A DNA stretch of 64,000 bases from Vicugna vicugna (lineage: Eukaryota): NCBI GenBank assembly GCA_013265495.1, contig MU058844.1, positions 13,166,184 through 13,230,183 of the forward strand, given 5' to 3'. Positions 1 through 12,610 of the stretch are shown here, one piece after another. The notes under the pieces were generated by a model. That model ran no database searches, was not told the DNA's origin, and saw only the letters and a list, made by a program, of their open reading frames with translations. Position numbers and translations under genes: made by a program. Each line of letters opens with the position of its first letter. Position 1 is the first letter of the stretch.

Positions 1-1589
1 ATTGTTGTACCAGGTGATTGAAATTAAACTCTGTGATATTACTTTTTTTTTTGAGATTTTTTTCTTAGACATATATTTTGTGTAGAATAGAAGCTTAAAG
101 AACCTAAACGTTCAGAATTGTGTAATTATAAAAATCTAATTGTTTTTCTGAAAGGAAATCAGTAGTAATGATATCTAATTCAAATATTTAAAACATAACC
201 CAACTGATGGCAAAATGATCATATCCTGAATATATGGGAGGGTTAGGTCTGCTGTGGGAAAGGCCTTGCTTAGCTCATCTGTGTGGGAAGGGTTTAATAA
301 GGAGTTTTCAGTGATTTCTGAGTATAAATGCATCAGGAGTTTCATTTCAAAAAACATAGTGGGGGGGAAAGAATTACTGCAAATACTGAGAGAACATTTG
401 TGCTCTTATCCACAACGGTGATGACCCTTCTTCAAGAGCTTTGTGCATTTGCTGTGAACCACATTTTCTGATCCTTGTACTTTGTTCTAGAAGCATATTC
501 TAGAATCTCATAGATTGAAATACAGTTTGTAAATCTTTCAAAGGACTAGAAGTCATAGCTTTTTGTTTTTATCCTGAGATCAACATTGATCAGAGACACC
601 AATGGTTTTGCTTTTTATTGCTCTTTGAGAAATCCAAGGGTTATATGTTTTGTTGTTAGGTTAGCTAAACTCGGAAATTGAAAAAGGAAGGACTGGATAA
701 ACAGTGGATTTGCAGTAAGAAAACAACCCCAGTCTTGTTTTAGCAGCTACTTGTTCAGGAGTCTGGGGAGGTTGCGGGGAGCGGGTGGGGTGGGGGAGAA
801 GAGGATGTGCTTTTAAAGGTAGAACAAACCCTCTTCTGTGCTAAATCAAAAGGATGGTCAAAATCCACAAAGGCAGATGCTACTTAAGTTTAAAAAGAGC
901 CATGGATGCTACCAAATCCTCTTGGGGCTGAAAATCACTTCCTATCTGCACAGCTTGACTAACGGGTCTCTGTCTTCCATTATCTTCTTCGCAAAGTCTT
1001 GATCACTATTTTTCCAGCTTCCAAATCGGAATGGTCAGTATGAAGCCATTGCTAAGTTCTACAGTTGAGAAATGAAAATAGAATTTCATGCTAGAGATGT
1101 CTTTATTCACCTTCCATCTAAAAAGGAGTTTCAAGGTCAAATTAACTTTTCAGTGCAGTATTTAAATGATAATTTGAGATCATAACTTGAATCCAAAAAG
1201 TGGCAGAGGAAAATAAAATTCAGGCAAATGGCAAGCAAGTCTTCAGTGGACTCCCACTTTCAGAGGCTGACTTGCAGTTACATATATATGCATATATGTG
1301 TATATAGGGCAGGAGTTCTTAAGTCAAGTTTGGTTTGACTTCTTTGGAAGCACAGCTGTACTTTGTAATAGTGCCTCTTTGTACTGTTGTTTTAATATGT
1401 GTGGGTCATATAACCCCAACTAAACCACAGCTTTTTTTTTCCAGATGGAAGGATTTTTCTTTCAAATTCTTGAGTGATAAAGAAAGTAAAATCCATACCA
1501 AATACTTTTAAAATTAAGATTCATGGATGCTTTTAAAGGCATTTGTATGTTGTTATCTTACATACAGTCTAGGTAGCATTGTCCAAAAA

Positions 1590-1641
1590 ATATATATATA
1601 TATATATTATATATATATACACATATAAAATATATATATAT
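1590..1641. repeat. Interrupted (TA)n microsatellite
   Basis: Direct reading of the sequence. Confidence 0.95.
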
Positions 1642-2204
1642 ACGCCCAGGCTCCCGCCTGGCTGCTGGAATTTTTTCTTTCTCACAATGGCCATGGGTCT
1701 TAATGGCCACCAGAATCATGGTTCCTTATCTCATCTTTCCACAGCCCTTATCCTTGCTCTGCTGTGATATTTACATTGAATTGACCGTCTTCCTGGCTCA
1801 ATAGTCTGAACCCTTTTTAGAATCCGACAGTGAAACCTCAGAATTTAGAAAGGAGAGGAGCAGGATGGTTTTTGTTGTTTAACACTTATTATAGTTTAAT
1901 AATTTTTCCAGAACAACAACAAAAAATGAGCATGCTTAACACTACTCAACAGAAACACAAAAGCAAACCATTTAATGTGTCGGTGGCTTGATTTTACCTG
2001 TAAGAAAATGATACAAACCACCTAAGGTGTTATGAGGCCTGACAACTCACCTTCATGGAGAAACGTAAAAATACTTCTTTCAGCCCAAGAAAGAGAAGAG
2101 GGAAAGGGCAGGTCCAATGGAAAACCCACCCCTTAAGTAAACATCAAATGGAAAAAGTGGGAAAATGAATGTCCCATCTGGAAACGGAACATTTTGTCTT
2201 TGAA

Positions 2205-2270
2205 CTTGTGTTGGCACCAAGCCTCATACACAGCTCAATAAGTATTTGTTGAGACGAATGAATGAAAGAA
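2205..2270 (+). mobile_element. L2 3'-end fragment
   Basis: gctcaataagtatttgttgagacgaatgaatgaa matches the L2 terminal motif. Confidence 0.7.
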
Positions 2271-3720
2271 GGAAAAAATGTCTAACTCCCAGCACCCAGG
2301 AGGTGGTTTCTCTTGCCTCACACAGTGCTTCCTTTACTGGCTCTCATGCCTTTCCTTGAGAACAGCTAATCCTGGGACAGGCTGTGCATCGTGACGAAAT
2401 TCCTTGGACATAAACTTCCTTAGCAGAAATCCACGCAGATCTGCGTATGCCCTACAGGGAGTGCTGAGGTCAGAGAGTAAGTGGTGATAAAGGGCCCTTT
2501 CAAAATGAACATGTCCCTCATAGAGGAACAGGGATTCTCTCATCATGCAGAAATCAAACCGACTTTGTATTTCTTTTCACATATTTTTTTCAACGGAGGC
2601 AAAAAGAAAAAAAAAAGCCAACTCTTTGCTGAAAAGAGTTCCTCTTACACGTAAACACTGTTAGGAACTCCGGATTAAGTTGAGAGATCTGTTTTAATTT
2701 TTTTTGTTCTTATATACCAAACACTCTATTTCTTTCTTTTTATAGGCTCCTTATTTTAAATTCGACACTATATGAATTTGTTGCCAGTGTGGGAGTTCAA
2801 ACACATCACTTGTTTACTGTCCCCAGGGAAGGTGACTTGGCTTTAGCTTGGATCGAGGTGTGTACAATGTCATGTTCAGTGGCAGATTTGGAAGAGAAGC
2901 TCTAAGACTTGAATTCAACTGGAGGAGGATGGGCCTGTGAGCATTCATTCTTCTCTTTTTTTTTTTGGAAAGGTCAAATGCATTGGTTTTTTGCTTTACC
3001 AATAAAATGCCCTCAGCAGAAGAAAACTTAAATTTGGTAATTATAGAGCTTGATATTTAATCCATCAGTGATTCTTTCAAGAGAAATACACCTGCTTACC
3101 TAAAGTAACCGAAGATGTGTTAATTGTGGAATCGCTTTGGATGGGTTTTTAGGAACTATTTTGTAAATTCTTGACACAGTTTAAAGGGGGAATTTTGATC
3201 TGCAGTGCTGAACAGCCAATCTAGATTTATGTAAGATTGGATGACAATGTGATTGCGACTTTGTTGGCAGGATGTCTGCCAAATGAAGTATAGAATTCAG
3301 AGTTTCTTAGAAAGGACCTTATTGTCCAGTGAAGGAAGCAGAGGACTCCGGACCATTAGAAGCACCTGCCTAAAAGTTGCATGAAAACTCCTACTTGCTC
3401 TGAAGCTGGCCTGCTGGTGATCAGCTGGGTGGTAGGGAAGCAGATTTTAACAACAGGTGGTCCTTCCAGATCACTGTATTTATTTTGAGAAGAAAGATAA
3501 AATGATTGTTTGTTACATTCGCCTGTCCGCCTTCTGCTTAGAGTTTCAGAATATGCAAACGCCAGCTTTGAAAAGCTAGCATCACCATGTACCGAATGCT
3601 TTGCAAATTATCATGTTGGTGAACTTAACGGTGTGGTCATAATTTGTGTAAATATGTCTCTTAAATGATTCTGGAGAGATGTGATTTATTTTTCACATTT
3701 TCAAAATGCATTCCATTTCA

Positions 3721-3802
3721 AATAAAGTATCTATGGAGATGACTGACCTGTGGACCTGGTGAAGGCCCTGTTCCCCTGGCACGTACACTGTGTGTTCCTG
3801 TG
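3721..3802 (+). terminator. Cleavage/polyadenylation signal (AATAAA 3721-3726) with downstream GU-rich element
   Basis: AATAAA at 3721; upstream TGTAAATA at 3647-3654 (UGUA/Pumilio-type); downstream CTGTGTGTTCCTGTG at ~3788-3802. Confidence 0.65.
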
Positions 3803-4465
3803 GGAAAAGGGTTCAAAAGAGCTTGGCCATTATAAAGGCCATGACCATTCTGGGAAGAAAAAGACCATTTTTTGACGTTGGAAATTCATTTTAAAAAATT
3901 ACCTGGGCATTCTGACTATAGGACATAGAAGTTCACTCAGTTTTTTTGGTGAAATAATTATTGTTTCTGGAATGCTAATGAATTTGAGTTGAATTTTTCC
4001 GTAGTGCCCAGAGGACAAGGACTGGTCCCTAGTGAGTTAGCTTGGAGCAATTCCCTCTTGAGTCCCAGAGGGCTGCGAGCCTTCCTTGGTCCCTTGAGAG
4101 GGTGAAGCCTTAAATGTAAGAGAATCATCTTCCAAACAGGTGTCTAAAAAGCTTCCTGTTTTTTGTCGAGAGCAGGAGACTTGATTCTTTAAAGGAAAAT
4201 AGCATGACTTTGCTCTCCACGGGCATCGAAAAGTCTTTAAATCTCAGAAGACTTTAAAATAGGCAGTTTTTATCTCAGCCTAGTCTTACATTGACATTTT
4301 ATTCCTCCACCATTTTTTGCTTTGTTTTGAAAGAAGAAATGAAATTTGAGAAGACAAACTAGTGCCATTGTGAGGGAACTTCAGAGGAACAGTGTGAAAT
4401 AAATGTATGGGTAGGTGGAAAGGTAGGGTTGGTAATAGCCAGGATTTGTGAGCATTTGTGTGTAC

Positions 4466-4640
4466 ATGGGTTCAAGTCCCAGTTCCACCACTTACAGGCT
4501 GTGTAGACTTTGAGTAATTTAAGCTCTTGGAAAATCAATTTCCTTCTCTGTCAAAGAGAGTTAATAAAGGTACCCACCTTCTGGTTATTGAGAAGATTTA
4601 ATAAGTTAGTGCACGTAAAAGTGCTTAGAACAGGACCTGA
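4466..4640 (+). mobile_element. MIR SINE
   Basis: gggttcaagtcccagttccaccacttacaggctgtg...aaagtgcttagaacag follows the MIR core and 3' consensus. Confidence 0.85.
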
Positions 4641-4930
4641 GATTACTATGACAGGAAACTCCCATGAGTTAAGGCAGATAAGCAGGTTTGGAAATCATTG
4701 TAACTATATGAATATATAACATATGGTGTTTTAAAGCTATGAATTGTATTTTCTGAGACCTCAGCACTTCTTTTAAATGGTAAGAACGGTCTGGTGGCAA
4801 CATCCTTGTTTTTTTTAAAAAAGCCATTATTTATAACATTACTATTTTCATTTGCTTGTCACTTTTCAGTCTTGGTTCACAGGCTTATGCATTTTAAGTG
4901 AGTTACACTTGAAATACTCATATCTGTGTC

Positions 4931-5402
4931 TGTAGAGGATGCTGTGGTGCTCCGCCCAGATTGCCACTTCAGGACAGAGGGGGTACTCAGTCCCCAGGTA
5001 TGGGACTGTTGGCAGCGGTCGTACTGTCAGTGAGCCCTGTCCTTGGAATTGTCCTCGGCTTTGTCTCAGGGAGAGTCCCCTTGCCCTAGGACACAGCCCC
5101 TCCTTGGAGGTGGCTCTCATCCAGTGATTGGTCTGTGGGAAGTGGATAAAGACCAGGCTCTGCTATCTCCAGTCAGGACAACGTAAAGGGCCACCCCAGC
5201 TCCAGCATTCCATGTAGAATTGGCTGAGGCCCGTCTCAACAGTGAGTTGGCTGTGTAGTTCAACTCTCCTTCTCCCCAGTCCTGTTTCCTTCGCTCCTTC
5301 ACGGGAGAGGTTCCCAAGAACGATTCCCCTTCCTCCCCTCCAAACCTCCTGCAGTCAAATCTCAGAGTCTCAGAACCTGTTTCTCAGGGAATCTTGTCTA
5401 CA
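4931..5402 (+). mobile_element. ERVL solo LTR, LTR16A-like
   Basis: Starts tgtagaggatgctgtggtgctccgcccagat and ends ...ctcagagtctcagaacctgtttctcagggaatc...aca, as in the LTR16 family. Confidence 0.75.
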
Positions 5403-5406
5403 ACCC

Positions 5407-5459
5407 TGTGTGTGTGTGTGTGTGTTTGTGTGTATGTGTGTGTGTGTGTGTGTGTGTGT
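5407..5459. repeat. (TG)n microsatellite
   Basis: Direct reading of the sequence. Confidence 0.95.
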
Positions 5460-5541
5460 TTCTACCGCCACGTTTCTGTAGGAAGGCTGGTGATGTTGGA
5501 AGGGGGACCTATAACAAAATGAATAAGCTTATGCTTTAGAG

Positions 5542-5731
5542 TAGTTGCTCTCAACCTGGACCAATTTCCCCTCTCAGGAGACATTTGACAATGTTTGGAG
5601 ACATTTTCGGTTTTCACAACTGGTGGTAAAGGTCCGGGATGCTTCTAAACATCTGCAGTGCACAGGACAGTCCTCCATAACAAAGAATTATCCAGCCCAA
5701 AATGTTAATAGTGGATGGTTGAGAAATCCTG
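5542..5731 (+). mobile_element. MER20 (hAT-Charlie MITE) with intact 8-bp TSD
   Basis: MER20-type body (ggacatttgacaatgtttggagacatttt...gcacaggacagtcc...aaagaattatccagcccaaaatgt); TSD CTTTAGAG at 5534-5541 and 5732-5739. Confidence 0.9.
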
Positions 5732-5744
5732 CTTTAGAGTCAGA

Positions 5745-6230
5745 AAGTCTTTATCTTACTGAGCTCCATTGGGAAAGTGATTTAGTTTATTTTAGCCTTG
5801 GTTTTCATGTGTGAAATGCAGGTGATGATTGTACCTGTCTCATGGAGTTGTGAACCCCAAATTAGTTCACATAATGAGCTCTGTCACTGTTCCTGTCGCA
5901 AATTAAGCATTCAGTCCATGGTGGCTATCACTGTCACTATTATTATTTAAAGTCATAATTTTAATGAGAGTGTAATATCCCACTGAGTGGATGTACTGTT
6001 TCATTCATTTGCCTGTTGTCATCTAGTGAGTGTCTGTCTTGTTGCTGTTATCAGTCCTCCTGCCATACGTATCTTCATGCATACATCATATCAAGAAGAG
6101 CATGGACTTGGATTCTAATTCTGACTCTGCTTGGTCTTGTGACATTAGGCAGCTCACTTGATCTCTGAGACCTAGTCTGCGCATTTGTAAGTGGGAACAG
6201 CTGCCCTGCCCTCAAGGAGCTATTGTAGAC
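5745..6230 (+). mobile_element. Degraded MIR fragments (~5745-5945 and ~6095-6230)
   Basis: MIR core-like ctgactctgc...gtgacattaggcagctcacttgatctctgagacctagt and a MIR-like 3' tail. Confidence 0.55.
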
Positions 6231-9200
6231 ATACGCACACTGAAGTGGCAGCGAAATCTACATGAGTTCAAGTCCTAGATCCACCATTTAACCACTGGAC
6301 TTACAGTGAAGCCTTATGCAAATGAAAACATTATTATCTGGATACCATTTTAAGAGGGGTTAGATATTATATCTATATATTTATTGTACCTATGGATCTG
6401 TATATCGATATAGATCTATGTGCATCTAATACACATATCCATTTTCCAATCCAAATAATTTGGTCTTAAAAAATAGGATGTGATCACAACTAGAAAAATA
6501 GAATCAAGTAATCTCTAGTTTTTTGGAGAACTTGAGCCAACTTTATATTCATATTTAAGTGGAAGGAATCATATGAACACAATATTGCAACTGTCTAGAA
6601 TTATTGACACAGAAAAACCTGAGTGACAGACTCACTGGCCATATAAATCTACTCAGCAAGGCGTTCTTTCTTGCTTTGTTTCCTTCTCAAAGATCCTGTT
6701 GGAAGCACTCAACACACAGAAAGGCAATACATGTCATGGTGTGGGTGTCCTCGACCCCTGCACCTACTTGCCTACAAAGTGAAGTTAAGTTATCAAAGAT
6801 GGAGCAGGTTGGGGCCAGAGGACTTTGGAGATTTAGGTGATCTGGGGTGGGCTGTTGATGTAGGCAGGTCTTCTTGGTCTGAGGGTTGTTCTGAATCTGA
6901 TTTTATTTTGAAGGGATTGTTAGAACCTGAGGACAGAGAGGACCACTTTTTTACCCCTTGATACAGAGTCCCAGTTGACTGCTCTGAGACAGAGTCGTCA
7001 TGGGAGTGATTTGCTCTCTGCCAGACATTCACCTAAAGCATTGGAGGATTAGTTAGACGCCGGAAGTGAGAACTTGAAAAATTAGTCGACGTAGTTGTGT
7101 TGCAAACTCTCCAACCCTGCCAAAGTCATTTCTGATGGAGTGCTTTAAGACCAGACATCCTGTGCTTCCGAAGCCACTGATAAGTAAGTGTTCAACTATT
7201 ATACAGAAGGGAACAGGAAATGACTCTGGAGGAGATTCAAAGTTTTAATTATGTCACTGTCCTGAAGCTGGTAGTTCATACAGTTCAGTTCCTACTGAAG
7301 CTGACAGTTCATTTATTTTGCAAGTATTTTGAACTTTGCTGTAGCAAATTCTACTGAGTGGTGCGGCTTACTCTGTCAGGGCTGACTCATCACCTCAAAA
7401 GAGCAGACTGGCTTTGTGAGTCATCACAGTCAAAGAGGCCAAACGCGTAACAGTTTTAGGCATATTCTCTTTCTAGTTTTTAGCTGCTGAAGAGATGCGC
7501 ATTTCTACAAAGCTTGGCTGAGGTTTTTAAACATGTATTTTTAAACATATATTTTAAAGTTGCCTTTAAAGATGCTTCCGAGTAACCCCAAGTATACATA
7601 GATCCATGTGAGCAGACATCTACATGTATATATACATATATATGCATATACATGGCTCACGAAGGTGGGTTGGTCCTTTTTTGTTGTTGTTGTGGAGCTT
7701 GATGTCGAAGGATTCAAAACTTCACTGAGCAGAGCTGGCTGCCCCAGAGCTTTGAGCAGCCTGCTTTGAGGGTCAGTCCTGCCCCACCCTGCCTACACCT
7801 CTATTACAAAGCAGTGGTCTGCGGTGGTGCCAGATCCCCTTTATAATTTCCAGTCACCCAGTTTCAGCACCACCCCTGGAGGGAATGGCTCCAGTCTCAG
7901 TGGGAGAACAATTCAGGAACTTACTCTTTAGTTTCTTTACAGTAAAGGAGACTCTTAAGGTAGATAACAGTGTATGAGTTGTGTTTCTAGGTGTGAGAGT
8001 GAATCTGAGACTTGCCACAATGCACTGGCTCATTGTAAAGTAATTGTAATTATTGTCAGGGGTTCTAATTAAAATCCCAGATACCTGGAAAAAGTGCCTA
8101 CTGACCTGTGTGGCGGTCTCAACAGCTTGTGGACCCTGCTTTCTCTACTATGGTAGGCAATAATCCCTTTTCTCTACTTCTGTACAAATGGTGAGTGGAG
8201 ATCAGAGCTGAAAATAAATAGAATTTTAGGAGTTTAGACAAGGTCTCATTTAACCTTCCTCTTTTTACAGAGAGAAAAAGTAAAGCTAGAGGGGCCAGTG
8301 GCCTTCCCCAGGGTCATACAGCCAACGAAAGTCAAATACAGGATTAGAAACTGAATGCCAGCTCCCTTGGTTCTTAATTAATGCTGTTTTCACTGTGACA
8401 CCACTTTAAGAAAAGTTATGTAAATTCAAGATGTTGTCATTCTTGCAAATAATCACTTGAAATATTCAGACATCACATCTCCCCAGCCCAATATAAATTT
8501 TTACTTAAATTATATAAACCATCTTACGGGGTTTACAGATATTGAAAATAAATTATTTAACTCAACTGTTTTAAAGAGTGATTTGTGACTTAGACCTTCC
8601 AAATATAATTTGTGTGGGTTAACAGAAATCTTAAGCAAGAAGAAAATTCATGAAAGAAAACAGATACATATTTCAAAATGGACATATTTAAAATACAGTT
8701 GTTAGACTATATTCTTTTTCAAAAATGTATTGAAAATCATTTATTTAGAAACTGGGTTAAAAAATTGTTTGGAATTTATTTTATCACCTGGCTCCTAAAA
8801 TATTCATGGAATGTTTCCAGTGTTTTTTAGTGTTACTAGTCAGGGCTCTCCCCCTCCACCCTCCCCAACTCTTGAAATTATCTCTGGAGCTGAAAAATGT
8901 TGAAATGATTTGACTGTTTAAACAGTTACTTGAGGGAATAGCTGACTGACTTTTCTAGCCTCTCTGAGTAAGTGTCAGGAGAGATACTCCCTGAAAAAAG
9001 GTTTTGTAGCGGGTAGTAGATCCATAAGCATCCAAGAAATGCTAATAGGTGGGGAGGTTTGCTGTGTTGCTGCCCTGCCAGGGAATTAGGTGAATTTAAT
9101 TCACAAAGCCCAAAATTCAATCACAAATAACAGTTTATGACCTCCCTAGGACTCAAAATACCCCAAACTAGACAACCTGGAGCAGAGTTCAGCATTCGTA

Positions 9201-10954
9201 CCTTTTAATGAGATGACAGGGAGGAAAAAAGGAGAAGGATCCCTAATAAGTGTATGTACCCCAGCATCCTAGAAGCAGGTTTTTAATTCAAAATTAGGTA
9301 TGCGCCCCAGGTGACGCCATTATTTCCTCTTACATAAAATGACCTTTGACAGGGCTTCATTCATAGCACTTGGCTTCCTCCCGGAGTCACAGCATTTGTC
9401 ACAAGGCAGCGGGTTGCCTGCTTGTTCTTATGGGAGTGATGACGGGGAGGGCTTGATAGGGGGTGATGCTGACAGCCTCTCTCGGCTGCAGATTGTCAGC
9501 ATTCCTGACCCGGGCGCTCCAAGAGCCTGGGAAAACACTTTGATTTCAATGTGGCTTTTAACAAACAATATCCAGTTGAGCCAAATGACTGTGTAAAATA
9601 GGTCCACAGAGCAGCTTTTGTGGGATTAGCTGGTTCTCCGTGCCCCTAGACAAATTCATGAAAATGTGCGTGTCATAATCAGGGTACCCACTTATTGGTA
9701 TGCATTTAATTTGACACGTAAAATCAAAATCCTTACTTCAAACTTATTGCACAGAAATGGACATATAGAACAGAGGTCTAGAGTGTCTGTGAATTCGAAA
9801 CATGGATAGAAGCAGGTATGAATTGGAAGGGTGTGAGTTGTAAGGATGAACGAGAGGCTTCCACCCTCCTGTTGGGCAAAGCAAAGGGTGGTCCAGGCAG
9901 GCCTGGGAAGGGAAGAGATCTTGCAAGAAATTGGATGGGGAAGGAAGGTATTTTTTCCAAAGACTCCTTTAATTCATGCCTTCCCCAAATATCAATGAAA
10001 GTTTCCCTTTTTCTCAGCGTGTAAAACTCCTAAGGACCTTTAAAGCTTTAGTTGGTTTCTAACAAGTAATTAAGAACACCACTTTTTTTTTTTAATGGAA
10101 ATTATTTTAGAGGAAAAGAGGAGGGAAGAATTAAGCTTTCTTCTCTCTTCTGAAGGCTTTGTTTCTCCCCTAAATGAGTCTCTGGAAAAGGAAATAAACA
10201 CAGAATAAAGTGGAACTTCTGTGAGTTTTCTATAGGCTCAGATCTCCTAGGAAATACTTTCTGTAATTTGACTTGAGTTTGAAAAGTTAACATTCATCAG
10301 ACTATTTCTCCCTAGATCCTAACCCTAAAATGAGGAGTGTAAGACACGGAGGCAATCATCCCTCTCCCACAGGGCTGACATTAGCAGTTAATTCAAGGTA
10401 CATAAAGTGCTTAGACCAGTGCCAAGTTCATAGCAAGTGCTCCACAAAGGATGGTTACGCTAACAACAGTGGAACGGCTAGAGGCGTGTAATGGGACACA
10501 GAAGACAATTTTCCAGTCTGGATGCCAGACTTTCCACTTTTTTTTTTGCACTTTCTTTTTCTGCAAAAATGATAATGTTGTATTAATAACACACCATAAC
10601 AAAACTGGTTGCTAATTCAGATATAAATGAAACAACACAGACTTTTAAATACAAATTAGGAAATACATCCACGTAAAAATTGGAACTATTTCCTCAGGTT
10701 TTATTGATTATTGATAAGCCTGATTCCACTCAGCAGATTTAAATAAAAAATAAATTTAAAACTATATTTTCTGTAAGTATAAGATGCCTTTTAAAACTTA
10801 CGTGCAGGGCACAGTGGCAGGCCTGCAGGGGTACAATAAGTGTAAAATGTGATTTGCTTTCCAAGAACTTACATCTGAAGTGTGGGGAAGATAAGATATA
10901 ATCCTGTTGGGGGGGGCAGTACTAATCATAGTACCTCACAGAGTATTAGTAATA

Positions 10955-11680
10955 GTAGTAGCAGCAACTAACATTTATCTAGTACTTACGAACTGCCAGG
11001 TCCTATACCACATGTTTTATATGGCTTATTTTATTTACTTATTATAAAGACCAGCATTAGATTTGACTGTATATAACAGGTAATTCCAAAAAAGTGTATT
11101 AAGATAAAGATTTATTTCTCTTTTATGTAAAAGAAGTCAGAGACAGGTGGCTTGGAGCCAGTATGGTGACCGTTGGGTCATTTTTTACTTAGGCTCTTTT
11201 ATCTTTCTCTTCCTCCACCCTTGATACAGGACTTATTTACATCCTCATGATCCAAGATGGCTGCTGGAGTTCCAGACACCTTCTCTGAGATCTAAACAGG
11301 AAGAAAGAGGAATTAGGGGTAGAACAACAGGAAACACCTTCCAGATAAGTAATTCTTTTTAGACAAATTTTGGAACCCCCATATGATGACTTCCACTTAC
11401 AGCTTATTTTCTATCCAAAGTTGCAAGGAAAGCCAGAAATGTATTATTCCTTCAACTGGGCACAATGCCATTCCACATAAAATCAAAGTTCTGTTAGCAA
11501 AGAAGAAGAGGAAAATGATTATTGGGAAGGAAACTAGCAGTCTCTGCCATGGTTCTTACCACCCTCTGGTTAGTAGATAAGAAATTGAGGATGAAGAGTT
11601 GAAGAAATTTGCCTGCTAAAGATGGGTCCAGGATTGTCATCCAGGCATCTCACTCCGCTGCCTTTATGTTTGACCTGTAT
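10955..11680 (-). mobile_element. MIR (minus) split by an MLT1J insertion
   Basis: Left half aacatttatctagtacttacgaactgccagg (10955-11045) and right half agataagaaattgagg...ggattgtcatccaggc (11552-11680) are collinear MIR parts. Confidence 0.6.
11050..11551 (-). mobile_element. MaLR solo LTR, MLT1J-like
   Basis: caagatggctgctggagttccag, gacttccacttac and terminal ctagcagtctctgcca (reverse complement of the MLT1J 5' end tggcagagactgctag). Confidence 0.8.
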
Positions 11681-12419
11681 GCAAACTGTGCCCACGTGTT
11701 GGTGTGGAAATAGAAGACAGACCTCTCACAGAGATGGGGAGATGCTTAGAAACATTAGCTTAGAGTCTTTTACGTATTTTCATGATTCTTCCTAAGGTCT
11801 TACGTTTTCCTTTCAAATATGGTACTGCTGTAATGATGTTCAATTGGCTCTATTTTTTTAAGTTGATTCCTTTTACACTTGAACAATTTAAATAGAACAC
11901 CACTGATTTATATAGCAGAAATATGTAGCTGCTTTCCATGCCTTCATGTCTCAGTCATACTGACGTAGGAGAGAAGAAAGATCTAAGGTTCTCAGAGGAA
12001 TCTTGAGCACGAAAGCCAGAGTCTCCCTCGGTGGTGCTTGGTGCTTTTACAGCACCTCATGTCCATCCCCATTCATAGACTCCATGACAAGATCCAGATC
12101 AGGGAAACAGGAGAAGAAATGGATGCTTTTCATTCATGCTCAACAGGAGGAGCACCTTAGTGTTTATTCTACCCTGAGAACTTCTTATTCTTTACGGAGT
12201 TCCTTCAAGGGACAGCAAAGAGTAGCAGACAGAATCCTGGGTTCTAGACTTGGCTTTGTTGCTGTGGAGCGATGTGAGATCCTAAGAGATGACTTTGCCT
12301 CTCTGGACTTTAGTTTCCTTGTCTTTATTTTTTTTAAATATGTCTTCAGTTGCTCCTTTTCAACTACAATAATTTACAATTATTAGTTATCTCTAACCTC
12401 CATTGCCTTCTTTGGAAAG

Positions 12420-12610
12420 AGTATAGACGTTGAATTTGGAGGATGTGTATTTGACTCTTAGCTCGGCCCCTCATAAGCTGTGCGACTTTGCACAAGTCAC
12501 CTAACGTTTTTGAGCTTCAACTTCCTCACCTGTAAAATGAAGAATAATGAAACCTATCCCACTGAGCTATGGTGACGATTGAAATAAATAATATTCATCA
12601 AAGTACTTTG
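12420..12610 (+). mobile_element. MIR SINE
   Basis: agctgtgcgactttgcacaagtcacctaacgtttttgagcttcaacttcctcacctgtaaaatga is the MIR core. Confidence 0.85.

Larger units (their letters stand above)
1..3745 (+). other. Distal portion of a long 3'UTR (terminal exon) of an upstream protein-coding gene, identity not established
   Basis: About 3.7 kb that is AT-rich, U-tract-rich, nearly free of interspersed repeats (only a short L2 end near 2200) and without a credible ORF. It ends in AATAAA at 3721 with TGTA motifs upstream and a GT-rich tract downstream. Repeat density jumps right after ~4400. Resemblance to the CREB5 3'UTR is from memory only and needs BLAST. Confidence 0.7.
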
